Origin: Octopus sinensis
Taxonomy: Eukaryota
Length of the DNA: 64,000 nucleotides
Reading direction: 5' to 3'
Assembly: GCF_006345805.1 (NCBI RefSeq)
Contig: NC_042999.1
Span: 109,554,001-109,618,000, forward strand
Within the stretch, counting starts at the first letter, position 1, and each line of letters starts with the position of its first letter. This document shows positions 1 to 13,439 of this stretch, in pieces. The notes under the pieces were generated by a model, which made no database searches, was not told where the DNA came from, and saw only the letters and a list, made by a program, of their open reading frames with translations. A program made the position numbers and the translations under genes.

Positions 1-84
1 CATATAACTAAGCACATTGAATGACAAATAAAGTTCTTTGTCTCCAACGCAGGAGCAACATTTTCTTACACATATTTATCTATT

Positions 85-298
85 ATATTACACAGGTTCC
101 TCTACATGATTGCTTGAACTGTTAAAAAATGCAGCTAAATCTTCCTGAAATTATACTCTACCTTCTTTAAAATGCAAGGACTCATGGTATTATATAATCC
201 TAGATTACACAATACCCAAGAGAAGAACAAGGCTGGAATACTTTTGATCCACATTGGTTCACTCAATGAGGAGTGACCTAGGGCTAAAAAATAACAAT
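85..298 (-). mobile_element. Old interspersed repeat (SINE-like), related to 1425-1620, 36125-36340 and 45335-45450
   Basis: Shared degenerate motifs among the copies (gatcaaagg..tccagc, ggactaca..atctaatg, gatttagctgc..ttt.ag) seen by eye; boundaries approximate. Confidence 0.45.
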
Positions 299-349
299 GC
301 CAGCTTCCCTGATTGCTCAAATTATATCATTTTTACAATACAGCCATAT

Positions 350-790
350 GGAAGAACACACTACAAATGCACTGAAATAGACCAGTCTTGTTGATTTTGA
401 AATACTAAACTGGTTGATGATTTAAAGCTTATTACAGGCATTCCAGAAGGCCTTCTTCACAGCAACATAGAATCCAATGTACTCAAAGTTTCTAAATTCC
501 ATTTGTTGTGTGACATTCTTGAAACAATTTGGAATGTGACTTTCATCTTCATTGAAAGTCATGTACCTAGTCTTCTTTGCACTAAGAATCAGATCAATTT
601 TAGCTGCAGTATTCTCAAGGTACAAGCATCAGGTTTCTCATGAAGGTTCAAAATATTTCATGATATGAGCACAAGACCAAAGAGGAGATTTTATGGACCA
701 CATTCTACTCATCTCAACTGCTTAACAAAGCGTGGGCTTTCTGGCAATTGTTGTCATGCTGAGCACCAGGTCATATCAGATGGGAAACTT
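350..790 (-). pseudogene. Degenerate non-LTR RT C-terminal fragment
   Basis: ORF 422-625 reads ..IDLILSAKKTRYM..FEYIG..AFWNACNKL, resembling RT domains 6/7 and the thumb (GLxIxxxKT, FxYLG, AW..K). Confidence 0.55.
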
Positions 791-3368
791 ACAATCTTTT
801 TTAATATTCACTTATTTCTTTATGTGTGATGACGCCATTATGTCACATCAAAAATTTTGATAATTATTATATGAACATTTTTATTGAAATGTTTTAATTA
901 CATTTTTAATTTAAAATATAAAATTTTAAAAATGCCTTATAAGATATATTTTTCCTTTTTTAAAAGACTATTTAGAAGACAATTTTTATTGTAACATTTT
1001 CATTATATTTTCTTCCAAGTATTTATTTATCTATGTAAATATAATTTCATCATTATGTTACTTGTTTATTGTGTTACTCTAGTGACAGCAGAAGTAGTGA
1101 CATGGTCATGAATGAATGTACACTTGCAATAGAAGTCAGGTAGGAAAATGTTTAAAAAAAATTTACACAATTTCAACTGTTACTTCTTCCAATTATCTCC
1201 CTTCCCTTGGACAATAGCTTGCTTTACTTGTGAGATATTTCTATCCATACAATCACTTCAAAGTCATTTTATCCTTGATATAGTCAAAAATTTCAAAATA
1301 ACATCCAGATATATTCTGAGTCAGTCTTTCCTATAGAATGTTGATTTTCATAATGTTCTTCAGTAACAAGTTTTTGCTAATGTTTTATGATCAAGCAGAA
1401 AAACAAATGTTTTACATGTTACTATATTATTGTCACGGTCTTACACCAGACCTGACCAAGTAAATCCAGGATCAAAGGTATCCCAACTGGGACCATCCTG
1501 TTTTTAATTTGTAGGGTCTCTAGGACTACAATATCTAATGTGTCCAACCCTTTTTAAGATGTTATGCTGTAATTTGAGATACATTAAGTTGCTATTTTTA
1601 GCAGGCTAGTGACAACACAATGTGTTCGTTGTTGGCTCAATAGAAATAGACGATCATTTGTGTTGTTGTTAAACTTGAGGTGCAATATTAAATCAAGGGT
1701 ATTCACAGCTGTTGTGAAGGAAAGACAGTTAAGGCCGTATAAACTGAATAGATGATATCTGCTGTGTGGAGAAAGTTTCATGGGTTGGTAATGGAGAATA
1801 TTTGTAGTAAAGATAATACAATGAAGACTGAGATAACAGAGCCTCACAAATTCTTGATAATTCTATGATTGAGATGAACAGAGAAACACTGAATTGCACA
1901 CCTGTCCAACCCGCGTCACTATAAAAAGACCTGATGAGATTGTTATAGCATTGCATTCTGCTTTTGAATAAAACAAATTGTTGTACCTCTTTAGTTCATT
2001 TGAACCAATGTGCAGTTTATTTTAAACTGGGTACTTTAATTCATAGTTGAAATTTATTCAGTGCTAAAATATTTCTTTAAAAAAGGCAAACACATATTCA
2101 TATTTTTATAAATAATACAAAAATAGGCAAATATGAAAAAGTAGATGCAAAAATGTATACAATTGCTTGAATTCAACTGGTATAAATTTGTTTGCTTTGC
2201 ATTAAGGGCGACTCTTAGATGGTCCAACCAGAACATTGGAAGTGATAGCCTTATTCATAATTACAAAACACTGAGTCAGCAAATATGTGGATATGGATGT
2301 GTATATTATCAGTCATAGTAACAGAAAGTAGTTTATCACCCAGCTGATTAAAGAAAACAACTACCTTTTCAAATCAACATCACAAAATACTTCGTGGTTT
2401 TGGGGTTGAAATCCATAATAAATTACTCAAGAAACATCCAAAATGATTTTAGTATAACATACCCATTCAGTTTAAATGCTATACTTCCATGTAGGATCAA
2501 TTCTGTCACCTTGAAAGACCTGAATTCGATAAAGTCTGGTTCTTCCAAAAGTCCTGCCGGCATACAGCAATACTATCTCAAAATTTAGTCAATGATGCAC
2601 ATAATAAACAAGGTACAATACTTGTAAAATCATACAAAATTATCATTGATCTCGAAGAGTACTGGACTGGACCTTAGTGATGGCAAGCAGGATGACCTCT
2701 TTTCCATATATGTCAAGTCACTCAGTGCTGTTGCTGACATTTTGGAAGCTGTGATCCATCCATCAAGTGCTGTGACAAGGGTTAGGGAAAGAAAGCAAGT
2801 GGCTAAAACATGTATCACTGCAAGCATATCTATCTTGGAATTGGTGATAGTAGAAACAATTAGAGTTGCTGTAAATCAACAAAGGTTTTTATCAACATCA
2901 TCAGATTGTTGGAGATATCTGAAGTGACAGGCAAAGTGGGCTCTACTTCATAACTATGGCAGTGAATTGGTTTGGCAATCATCCATGGTAATGTTCTATG
3001 TGGCGGTGTGTTGCTGGATAGTCAGAAACAATTAAGACAAATTTCAAATCTGACCCTGTTAAATCCAATCACATATAGCTTACAATGAACGTTTTTAGAG
3101 GTATTGATTTTCTTTTAAATATTATGAATGATATTAAAACTACCAATATTTATTAATCATTGTTTGAGGTATTTTGTTAATAATTCATTAGATTTTATTC
3201 CCTTCTGAAAATGGGTTTTTCATTTTAACTTTTTTTTTCGTTTTAGGTATTAGGGACTATATATATAAAATGCATTATTTTTTAGAAGAGCTATGATCAC
3301 CATTTAGAATACATGTGTAGCATTGTATTTGCTTATGTCTTATTTCTTGGTAGTACTGTACTGTATGC

Positions 3369-3946
3369 TAGTGCTCCACAACCTTTTTTTGCATACGGTA
3401 CACTTATCTTCTTTTCGAAATTCAGCAGCACAGCTAGACTAGAAATATAACTAAAAATGTTCTTTTATTCTTTTACTTGTTTCAGTCATTTGACTGTGGC
3501 CACGCTGGAGCACCGCCTATAATCGAACCAATCAACCTCAGGACTTATTCTTTGTAAGCCTAGTACTTATTCTGTCAGTGTCTTTTGCTGAACTGCTAAG
3601 TTACAGGGAGGTAAACACACCAACATCGGTTGTCAAGTGATGGTGGGGGAACAAACACAGACACAAATACATACATACATAGATACATACATATATATAT
3701 ATGACGGGCTTCTTTCAGTTTCTGTCCACCAAATCCACTCACAAGGCTTTAGTTGGCCTTAGGATATATTTGAAGATACTTGCCCAAGGTGTCATGCAGT
3801 GGGACTGAACCCAGAACCATGTGGTTGAGAAGCAAGCTTCTTACCACACAGTCACTCCTGCACAAGGAAAAAGATTATATTCCGGTTACATTAGCACTGT
3901 CTTATGGCACACCAATGTGCCACAGCATACCAGTTGTGGAGCACTG
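3369..3946. mobile_element. hAT-type MITE with 8-bp TSD, interrupted by a SINE
   Basis: TIRs TAGTGCTCCACAAC / GTTGTGGAGCACTG; perfect 8-bp flanking direct repeat CTGTATGC at 3361-3368 and 3947-3954. Confidence 0.85.
3464..3862 (-). mobile_element. tRNA-derived SINE family A (CORE-like)
   Basis: Reverse complement of the 9182-9612 copy: A/B-box head, ccttgggcaagt core, tail gactgaaacaagtaaaaga. Confidence 0.9.
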
Positions 3947-4354
3947 CTGTATGCTATAAAGCAGTAGTCAGTAGTCTATGGCCCTTGGATTGAGTCTGGT
4001 CTGTTGTATCCAGACAAAGTGAAGTGCTGGTCGATTTGAATGAGATATTTTGTTCATTACTGCAATAATTAAAACATTACACCATTACCTAAATACACTT
4101 GCTTTTATTTTTCTCTGTATGCTTTTTTTATACTGTAATATTTACCTGATTTACAGCTAAGTTTAATCAATATTTCAATATTCCATACTGTACAAGATCA
4201 ATCCAGAATATTTTAGATTCACAGTGCTAACTTATTTAAGGAAAACCATTTAGAGTCAATGACTTTCACTGTCAGGAACCTATCAATTGAAATGTGTTGT
4301 CTAATAGCTCTGAACAAATGACATATATATATTCTAGTTATCATCCTTATCATC

Positions 4355-4610
4355 ACCACCACTACCACCACCATCATCATCGTCATCATCATCATCACCA
4401 TTTATAGTCCACTTTTTCATGCTTGCATAGGTCAAACAAAATTTGTCGAGACAGATTTTTTTGTAGTCATATGTCCTTCTTTTTGCCAGCCTTCACCTGT
4501 TTTCAAACAAAGTAATATTCCTCGTGGCCAGATATGTTTTCCATTGATGACTGTAAAAGAACATCTCTTGTATGATGTTGATACTCATTTACAATTATTA
4601 CATGGTTTCA
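4355..4610 (-). mobile_element. Degenerate RTE-tail-related fragment ending in (GAT)n
   Basis: (CAT)n followed by ttt..gtccactttttcatgc, the reverse complement of the RTE 3' end motif at 28880-28923. Confidence 0.5.
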
Positions 4611-4752
4611 AGCAAAGTTACACACACACACACATACAGATATACGTACATGCATACTTCTCTCTCTCTCCCTGAGTATATAATGTTGATTCGCTAGCTT
4701 CTGCACGCATTTTTTTCTCTCCTTGTTTCTTTCCGTGTTTCTTTTCTGTGTA

Positions 4753-4790
4753 TCTTTCTGTTGAAGAGTGTAGGCTCAAAACGTAAAAGA
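4753..4790 (+). ncRNA. Degenerate minimal hammerhead-like motif in a (TA)n-adjacent element (~4672-4886)
   Basis: tcttt-CTGTTGA(A)-gagt gtag gctc-AAAA-cgTA-aaaga: stems I and II pair, palindromic ACGT stem III, two core mismatches. Confidence 0.5.
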
Positions 4791-4885
4791 CTTGTTTTAT
4801 TTATATTCCTGAGCGCCATACTAATACAATTGTTTGTTTGTATTCCACCTGCCTTCGTCTTTTGTTTATTTTCATAAAGCTTCCC

Positions 4886-4886
<1 letters not shown>

Positions 4887-4977
<91 letters not shown>

Positions 4978-5010
4978 CATATATATATATATACATACAT
5001 ACACATATAT
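4887..5010. repeat. (TA)n microsatellite
   Basis: Seen directly. Confidence 0.95.
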
Positions 5011-5163
5011 GATGGGCTTCTTTTAGTTTCCATCTCTGCTATTTACAAGGCTTTGGTTAGCCTGGGGTTATAGTAGAAGACACTTGCCTGAAGTGCCACA
5101 TAGTGGAACTGAACTTAAAACCACACAGTTGGGAAGCAAGCTTCTTATCTACACAGCCATACC
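5011..5163 (-). mobile_element. SINE family A, 5' half
   Basis: Matches the head and core of family A. Confidence 0.85.
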
Positions 5164-5534
5164 AGCTTTGAAGGTTATGTTTTTTAATAACATTAAACTT
5201 TTAAATAGTTTTATCAGCTGGAAGAAATAGCAGCATTCTCTAAGAGAATAAGAACATGAATCTTATAGAATTTCATGTTTGTAAATGGCTTTCAGGCCAG
5301 GCAATTATTGTGGATTAACAACTAATTTAAAGAATTTGAATTTGCATCTTCAAGGAAAATTCAGCTGATACATATACTGGTGATGTGTATTTGCCTTTGA
5401 AACAAACCTATGACTGTGAGAATGCCAGCTGGGGAAATCAAATGAGACTTGTTCCTTTACACTTGGAGAGACCAAATCTACAAACAGCAACATATTTGTG
5501 ATGTGATATTTAACTTTAAAATATTTTTTTTTTT

Positions 5535-5957
5535 ACTCCTTTACTCTTTTACTCTTTTACTTGTTTCAGTCATTTGACTGCAGTCATGCTGGAGAACCAC
5601 CTTTTAGTCGAGCAAATCAACCCCAGGACTTATTTTTTGTAAGCATAATACTTATTCTATCGGTCTCTTTTGCCGAACCGCTAAGTTATGGGGATGTAAA
5701 CACACCAGCATCGATTGTCAAACAATGTTGGGGGAACAAACACAGACACACAAACATATACACACACATAAATATATATATATATATACATATATACAAT
5801 GGGATTCTTTCAGTTTCCATCTACCAAATCCACTCACAAGGCTTTGGTCGACCCAAGGCTATAGTAGAAGACACTTGCTCAAGGTGCCATGCAGTGGGAC
5901 TGAACCCGGAACCATGTGGTTGGCAAGCAAGCTGCTTACCACACAGCCACTCCCCAG
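5535..5957 (-). mobile_element. SINE family A, full length
   Basis: Head, core, internal (TA/CA)n and (CTTTTACT)n tail all present. Confidence 0.9.
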
Positions 5958-6362
5958 TTTTGCTGCCATTCACTCATACACAATCCAAATAATGATCAAA
6001 TGGAATTTGTTGAGATATAATGTGTTTATCTATTAAGATGAAAATTTATGTACAGTTGTACAGAAAATAATATCTTAAACCTGTACATTATTCCTGACAG
6101 ATCATGCAAAAATATAACATTAATATTTTGGCAGCACTCATACATGTGAGGAACAATTTTCAAAAATGAAATACATGAAAAGCAAATTAACAATACTCAT
6201 TGGGAAACGTCGTAGTTCTGACTTCAGTCAGAGTTGAAAAACTTTTGAGTGCCAAACATCGTGAATAGTCATGCTAATCATGTCCTTTACAACATTAATG
6301 TCAAGTCGAATAAAATAAACTTAAACCATATTTCTTTTGTCTTTATTATTATTATCGTCATT

Positions 6363-6585
6363 AAAGGCAGTGAATTGGTAGAATTGTAAGCATGCTGGAC
6401 CAAATCCTTAGGGGTATTTCGTCTGTCCTTATGTTCTGAGTTCAAATTCCACTGATGTTGACTGCCTTTCATCCTTTCAGGGGTTGATAAATTAAGTACC
6501 AGTCAAGCACTGGGGTCGATATAATCAGCTTCCCCTTTTCTTTAAAAACTACTGGCTCTGTGTCAAAATTTGAAACCATTATTAT
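6363..6585 (+). mobile_element. tRNA-derived SINE family B
   Basis: aaggcagtgaattggtagaa A-box, gagttcaaattcc B-box, gcctttcatcctttc..aagtaccag core, (ATT)n tail. Confidence 0.85.
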
Positions 6586-7779
6586 TATCTTCATTTATTA
6601 GTTATTAAGTATAATAGCTCAATAGATAAATATGGCTGCCCATCAACCCACATAATTTACTCCTGACCTGTGAGCAGGAAAGGCAGCCGACTCCTGGTAT
6701 TATGTGTCAAAATGATTTGTCTTACATCTATGACCTGATCACTAACAATACCACTGCATCTGTAATATTGGAGTACTTTTAAACATTGGTTTCCTTTAAT
6801 TTATTCCCTTTCATTTTGAATATGCAGGCAAAGTGGCTACGCTGTTAATTATGTAAATGTTAAAAGTTATTCAAAAAAAACATTTGTGAAACAAAAACAT
6901 CAGACATTTTAACAGTTCCCCCAAGATCTTTACTTTATCAACTATTAGAAAATATGATCTCTATTATACAGAAAATTATCACTAGCCAAACACTTTGTAT
7001 GAGACCATTAGTTTGAAATTAGTACAAAAATAAAAAATTACTTTCTCTCTCTTCAGAAAAATTTAAAGTGGCAAATAAGCTTCTTTAAATAATAAAACAA
7101 CAGCTTTTATCATAGTTTACCATAATACTTAACTGGATTTAAAAAAAATTCTTGAATGAATTCAAATGATGTTATTTTGACACAGATTTGTGTTATCAGC
7201 AAGCAACACAAGAAATAGTTTAGATTTAATGGTGTCCATAGAAATACCATTAGTAATGGCTAGATCTCTCTCACTTAAGTGTATGCCAGTATAGGCTTGT
7301 TGATTTGTTACTCAAAGATGAAATCTATGAAATATAATCGATTTTCATTGAAAAACATTCATCAAAATTTTAGATATGTTTAACCTGAGTTTTTGTCATT
7401 TATGTTGTTGTTATAGTTTTAATGTTTTTCAATGTTATGCTCAGATTATTATTATTATTATAGTTTTTTTGTCATCCTTCAAGTCTTGACATAGATAGTT
7501 TATAGAAGACCTTTTTTTGAAACTAATGTTTTTATTTTTAATTTTGAAGAATTCATCAAAAAGTTTGGTAATCTAAGAGAAGTTTATTCAATTAATGGTC
7601 AGTCTAGTGGAGAAATAAATGCCTGATGGCAATCTGTGTTTATTTAGGAAATATTTTATATATTTCTATACATGAGTGTGTGCATGACTTAGTGTTTAGT
7701 GAAGGTAAGATAGTCTATAATATCTCATATCACTTTGTTAACTTTAATTTCAGCATAAAAATTAATCTTGCTATAATAC

Positions 7780-7995
7780 TGGTTTCAAATTTTAGTACAA
7801 GACCAGAAATTCTGGGATAGGAGGTAAGTCAACTACATTGACTCTAGGACTCAACTGGTACTTATTTAATCAACCCCGAAAGGATGAGAAGCAAAGACGA
7901 CCTCGGTGGAATTTGAACTCAGAGCGTAATGGCAGATGAAATGCTGCTAAGCATTTTGCTTGGCATGCTAATGATTCTGCCAGCTTGCTGCCTTG
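7780..7995 (-). mobile_element. SINE family B
   Basis: Reverse complement of the family B consensus. Confidence 0.85.
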
Positions 7996-8631
7996 TTTTG
8001 AAAGCTAAGTTGATCTCAGTGAGATTCGATCTTAGAATGTACAGAGCTGCTGGAGAAAATATCACAAGGCATTTTGTGAAATGCTCTATTCATTCTGCCA
8101 AACCAACAGCCTATTGATCTTGCATTAACATTGATTTCTAACATAGGCACAAGGTATCAGATATGTTTGCCTACTGTCAATTATATTAACCAAGTAACTG
8201 ACTGATAGTTTCTTTTATTGATATCCAGGAGTATGAAAGACAAAGTTAACCTCATCAGTATTTAATACAAAATGCAAAAAGAAATAATTAAATACTATAA
8301 TGCATTTTGTCCAATGCTCTATCATTTCTACTGATTTACAACAATTTTGGTCATCATCATCATCATCACTGCTACCGTGGCCACTGTCTTCAAAATCACA
8401 CCTGCCAGACAGAACTTAAAGAGTTTTGATGCTTGCACACCTACATACATATGCATACACACACGCACACATACATACAGTGGAAGTATATGTACAATCG
8501 AAAGTCCAGGGAAAGAGAACATTTATGGCGAATTAATGTAGAACTTATAGCTCTTGTACCCTGACTATGTTTTCTCATTTGTACTGACTAATCATACGTG
8601 TATTAGGTTATGCACCAACAAATTTGCACAG

Positions 8632-8790
8632 AACCCCAGTTCTTAACTGGTACCTATTTTATTGACCCCAAAAGAATGAAAGGCAAAGATGATCTCGGCA
8701 GAATTTGAACTCAGAATGTAAGGACGAACAAGATGCCGTTAAACAACATTTTGCCTGGCATGCTAATGATTCTGCCAGCTCACTGCCTTC
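8632..8790 (-). mobile_element. SINE family B (partial)
   Basis: Core and head motifs present. Confidence 0.8.
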
Positions 8791-8814
8791 ACTCCTTCAA
8801 TAATATTTAGCATC

Positions 8815-9122
8815 GTTTATCTTTTGTATCTTTTACTTGTTTTAGTCATTTGAATGCGGCCATGCTGGGGCACCAACCTTGAATGGTTTTAATTAAACAA
8901 ACTGATCCTAGGACTTATTTTTTCAAGCCTAGTACTTATTTAATTGGTCTCTTTTGTTGAACTGCTAAGTTATGAGGGATATAAACACACCAACACCGGT
9001 TGTCAAATGGTGGTTGGGGACAATCACAGACACAAAGACACACACATAAATATATACATATAGATATGCGATGGGCTTCTTTTAGTTTCCGTCTACATAT
9101 CCACTAACAAGGCTTTGGTTGA
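8815..9122 (-). mobile_element. SINE family A lacking its head
   Basis: 3' two-thirds match the 9182-9612 copy in inverted orientation. Confidence 0.85.
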
Positions 9123-9181
9123 TACAGAAGATTTCTAATTGTTATGTTCATCAAACATTGTTCCATTAATTTATTGGACAT

Positions 9182-9612
9182 AGGCACAGGGGTGGCTGTG
9201 TGGTAAGTAGCTTGCTTACCAACCACATGGTTCTGGGTTCAGTCCCACTGCATGGCACCTTGGGCAAGTGTCTTCTACTATAGCCTCAGGCCGACCATAG
9301 CCTTGTGAGTGGATTTGGTAGACAGATACTGAAAGAAGCCCGTCATATATATGTGTGTATATATATATATGTATGTATGTATGTATGTGTATATGTTTGT
9401 GTGTCTGTGTTTGTCCCCCAACATCACTTAACACCCGGTGCTGGTGTGTTTACGTCCCCATAACGTAGCGCTTCGGCAAAAGAGACTGATAGAATAAGTA
9501 CTAGGCTTACAATGAATAAGTACTGGGTCGATTTCTTCGATTAAAGGCGGTGCTCCAGCATGGCCACAGTCAAATGACTGAAACAAGTAAAAGAGTAAAA
9601 GAGTAAAGAGTA
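9182..9612 (+). mobile_element. SINE family A, full length
   Basis: A-box tggctgtgtggt, B-box ggttcagtccc, core ccttgggcaagt, tail (AGTAAAAG)n. Confidence 0.92.
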
Positions 9613-9746
9613 AACAGTTGTTAATATAAATGATGATTATTAATAAGATATTTGAAATTAATTAAACATTTGTGTGGTCATTGACTTCACACACAACCTA
9701 TCTAACATTGTGAACCACCAATGAAGAATATATGACTAACTTTATG

Positions 9747-10152
9747 GGTGCAGGTATGGCTGTGTGGTGAGAAATTTGCTTTCCAACCACATGAGGCTAA
9801 GTTCAGTCCCACTGCATGGCACCTTGTCTTCTTCTATAGCCCTGGGCCGACCAAAGCCTTGTGAATGGATTTCATGGATGGAAACTGAAAGAAGCTCATC
9901 ATATATACTCATATATATCTATGTGTGTGTGAGTCTTAGCTTCTGTGCTTGTATGTCCCCACTACCACTGCTTGACAACTGGTTTTGGTGTGCTTATGTC
10001 CTGATACTTAGCAGTTCAATTAAAGGGGCTGATTGAATAAGTATCAAACTTAAAAGAAAGCATTGGGTTCAATTTCTTTGACTAGATTTCTTTAAGGCAG
10101 TGCCCCAGCAAGGCCACAGTTTAATGACTGAAACAAGTAAAAGATAAAAGAT
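9747..10152 (+). mobile_element. SINE family A
   Basis: Diverged full-length copy. Confidence 0.85.
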
Positions 10153-10192
10153 AACCATAACACTGAATAATAAAAACAAAACATTTCAATGA

Positions 10193-10577
10193 ACAGGCAT
10201 GGCTGCATAGTAAGAAGTTTGCTTTGCAACCACTTGGATCTGGGTTCAGTCCTACTGTGTGGCATCTTGATCAAGTATCTTCTGCCAGAGCCTTGGGCCA
10301 ACCAATTCCTTGTGAGTGGATTTGATAGACGGAAACTGAAAGAAGCCCCCCATGTATGTGTGTCTGTGCATGTGTGTGTGTGTGTGTGTGTGTGTGTCTT
10401 TGTGTCTGTGTTTGTCCCCTGTCACCATAGCAGTTTAGCAAAAGAGATTGAGAAAATAAGTACCTAGGTTAAAAAAAAATAAGTACTGGGTCAATTTGTT
10501 TGACTAAAATTCTTCAAAGCAGTGCCCCAGCATGGCCACGGTCTAATGACTGAAACAAGTAAAAGATAAATGATAAA
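10193..10577 (+). mobile_element. SINE family A
   Basis: Diverged copy with internal (TG)n. Confidence 0.85.
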
Positions 10578-11984
10578 ATATAACCAATATTTAAAAACAA
10601 TAACATTGTGAGTTATTACACTAGAAGCACTGTATATTCAGCTGAAATAGTCTTCTCTATATATCTTTATTATCAGCTTTATTTTCAACTTGACTAACGA
10701 TGCTTGGTAGTCTTTTATTTTCATTTTTGCTTTTTTTTTTATTCATTTGCTTTAATTTGTTGATTAGTTATTAAAAATCATTATCAAGTTTTTGAAAATT
10801 TGTATAAATGATTTAATATAATGAACTATAATTAGGAATATAATAATTTATGTTTGTCATTTGCCAAAATAAATGAGTAGTTTGTAATTTAAAACCATTT
10901 AATACAATTACTGAGTGATAATAAACCCCTCAACTTTACCCTGTTATTCAGGCACGATAAGTCACTAGCATATTAACCTTATAAATTCTAACCAAAATAA
11001 TTAAAAAATTCATGAAAGTAGTTAAAATGGTTTTGTTTAATTTCTCTATTAGTTGATAAACTAAAGTAATTTTAATAGGCTATATCAACTACAAAAAACA
11101 TACATATAATGTAAGGCTTCATTTTCACTATCAACAGAGATAAAACGTAAACAAGATGCACATTGCTGATATAAAGATTAATGTATATTGGTGTATATCT
11201 ACATTACTGTGCTTGTAGAGTGAAAAAGTATAGAATTGTAAGGATCTCACTTGGCCTTGCCTGTGATTTGAAACTGCATCCACTCACTTGTTGCTTATCA
11301 AGCAATTCTCAAATTTCTTTGTCTTTGCATCTCCACACTGGATAATGTATAATAAACACATGATCTACGGCCTTTTTCCTGTCACCAAGAGGTCAGTCCT
11401 TTGTTTCCGATGTGATCTACTTCCTGGCTGTCTGCTATATAATGGAGAATCCTGTTTCTCTGCTCTTTTTGACTTTCCGAAGAGCACCTTTTAACAGAAC
11501 CTTTACCCTCTCTGTCAGTGAGGTGCATTTCTTACTCTTTCTCTCTCTACTAAGATGTAAATAAAGATGTAAATAATATTCCTTCCTTTTTCATGCTATT
11601 CTTCGATGTTCTTCACTGGTATCTCCATCATGAGAACCTCACATCAACAAGCGTTATATACAAGTGTTACATCTACACACTACATCTGGTAGACAGCTAC
11701 ATAGATAACTCTGATGTATGCATATGTTAACCTGCTACAGAATACTTATATAAAAGTTTCAGCCACATTTTACCAATGGTACATAGTTTAGTACTTTTGG
11801 TTACAAAAAGTTTGGGTATTTGAACTCTACTGTTTGGAGGTATGATCATTGAGCTGGTCACTGTTCTGCATAGTGGGCTGTTGGTAAAGACTATCTAAAC
11901 TGATGATCTCATAGCTAGTCTTCTGTCCATTGCTACTATGTCTTGATATTTCATAGTCTGTTGTTCATTGATGCTATGAATAAT

Positions 11985-12197
11985 CTTTTCTACTCTAGAC
12001 ACACGACCCGAAATTTTGTGGGAGGGAGCCAGTCAATTAAATCAACCCCAGTATGCAACTGATATCTAATTTATCAACCCTGAAAGAATGAAAGGCAAAG
12101 TTGACCTTGATGGAATTTGAACTCAGAATGTAAAGACAGATGAAATATTGATAAGCATTTTGCCTGGTGTGCTAAAGTTTCTGCCAGCTCACTGCCT
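11985..12197 (-). mobile_element. SINE family B with 17-bp TSD
   Basis: TTGATGCTATGAATAAT at 11968-11984 and 12198-12214. Confidence 0.9.
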
Positions 12198-13231
12198 TTG
12201 ATGCTATGAATAATATTTCAAGACTGGTCATCTGTCTACCACTGCTGTGTTTGCTATAACTACCACTACTATGACGACAGTGAAAAACACTGGTGTAGAA
12301 TGCAGTAGATAACTTTCTAGTTTTCCTAACTTGGATCCCCACTTCATATGATTTCCAAATTAATGCTATAGTTTATGACTGAGCCGAATCACTAGAGTGT
12401 TGGTTAAAATGCATTGTAGTATTGGGTTATATCCCTTTATTTTGAAGTAGAATTCAGCCAAAATTAACTTTGCCTTTTAGTCTTTCTGAATGAGTAAAAT
12501 AAGTCATTCAAATCCTCAAAGTTATCATGTGTATTCCAGTTTTAGAACAGATACACTTGAAATCTAAACAGGTTGAGTGGTGAGCAAGAGCAACTCTGCT
12601 GTTGAAATTCTGGACTTCAATAAAGATCAACTGAACAGTCATTTCTGAAGGACGTTTAGCCCTAAGATTCTGGACAGTTTCAAGAAAATAGCGCCAAGGT
12701 TTTCTTCAAACAGGAAGCATTACTTGATTGTGATAAACTTTGTAAGTAAGGTAGCTCTGTTACCTTGGCTTCTCTGAAATATTGTTGAGCACTAAAAGCA
12801 TTCTGATTGCACTTGTTAAGTGTTTGATTGAACTTATAGAGTTATGTCTAACAGCTATTTGTGCATGAATGACAGATCTGGGAAAGACAAGGAGGTTTCT
12901 GACTGCTACCTATGACATAAGAAATTGTATGATTAAAAGGGAAATGATAAATACTTTAATCTTCAAGTTCTTCCTTTAAGTTCTTCCTTCTAGTGTATTT
13001 GCTGAGAGGTAACTATTAGTGGCAAGAATGGTTTGTGTAAACAGGCCACCTCTCAGCATACACCTGTCAGCTGGAGGTCTCAGCTTGGAGAGGGCACTTG
13101 CTTGACAGTCAGAGTAATACTAGATTTTTAGGGTTTTTTCATAGGCCCTAGATAACTGTCCTTCTTTAGGAACATCTCATTTAATTCCTTTTCTATGTTG
13201 TTGTTTTCCATGCCTGTTTTTCATGCTATGT

Positions 13232-13404
13232 TAAAAGCACCCAGAACACTCTATAAAGTGGTTGGTATTAGAAGGGCATCCAACTGTAGAAATCTTGCCA
13301 AAACAGATAATGGAGCCTGGTGTGACCCCTGGTCCTACCAGCTCAGGTCAAACTGCCCAACCCATGCCAGCATGAAAAACAGACATTAAATGATGATGAT
13401 GATG
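13232..13404 (+). mobile_element. RTE 3' terminal fragment
   Basis: Homologous to 28743-28923 (aaaagcaccc..aagggcatcca.ctgtagaaa..cccatgc.agcatg..(GAT)n). Confidence 0.85.
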
Positions 13405-13439
13405 AGTTCTGTTTAAAAACCCATCATTTTTGTAATTTC

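Noticed and set aside
1336-1370. CTGAAGA..GAAA on the minus strand (similar hits at 1931, 17996, 37392)
   Set aside because: No adequate stems; expected by chance in AT-rich DNA.
2280-3020. GC-richer patch with short ORFs (also 5340-5500, 17400-18280, 19880-20360, 37000-37270, 48300-48700, 50410-50720, 51890-52270)
   Set aside because: No consistent frame, splice pattern or recognisable motif; probably decayed TEs, but I cannot support a call without a homology search.
4694-5073. Low-complexity ORFs (YIYI, IIII, MYVC etc., here and throughout)
   Set aside because: Translations of microsatellites and SINEs.
9182-9255. tRNA-like sequences
   Set aside because: SINE heads with A/B boxes only; no full cloverleaf.
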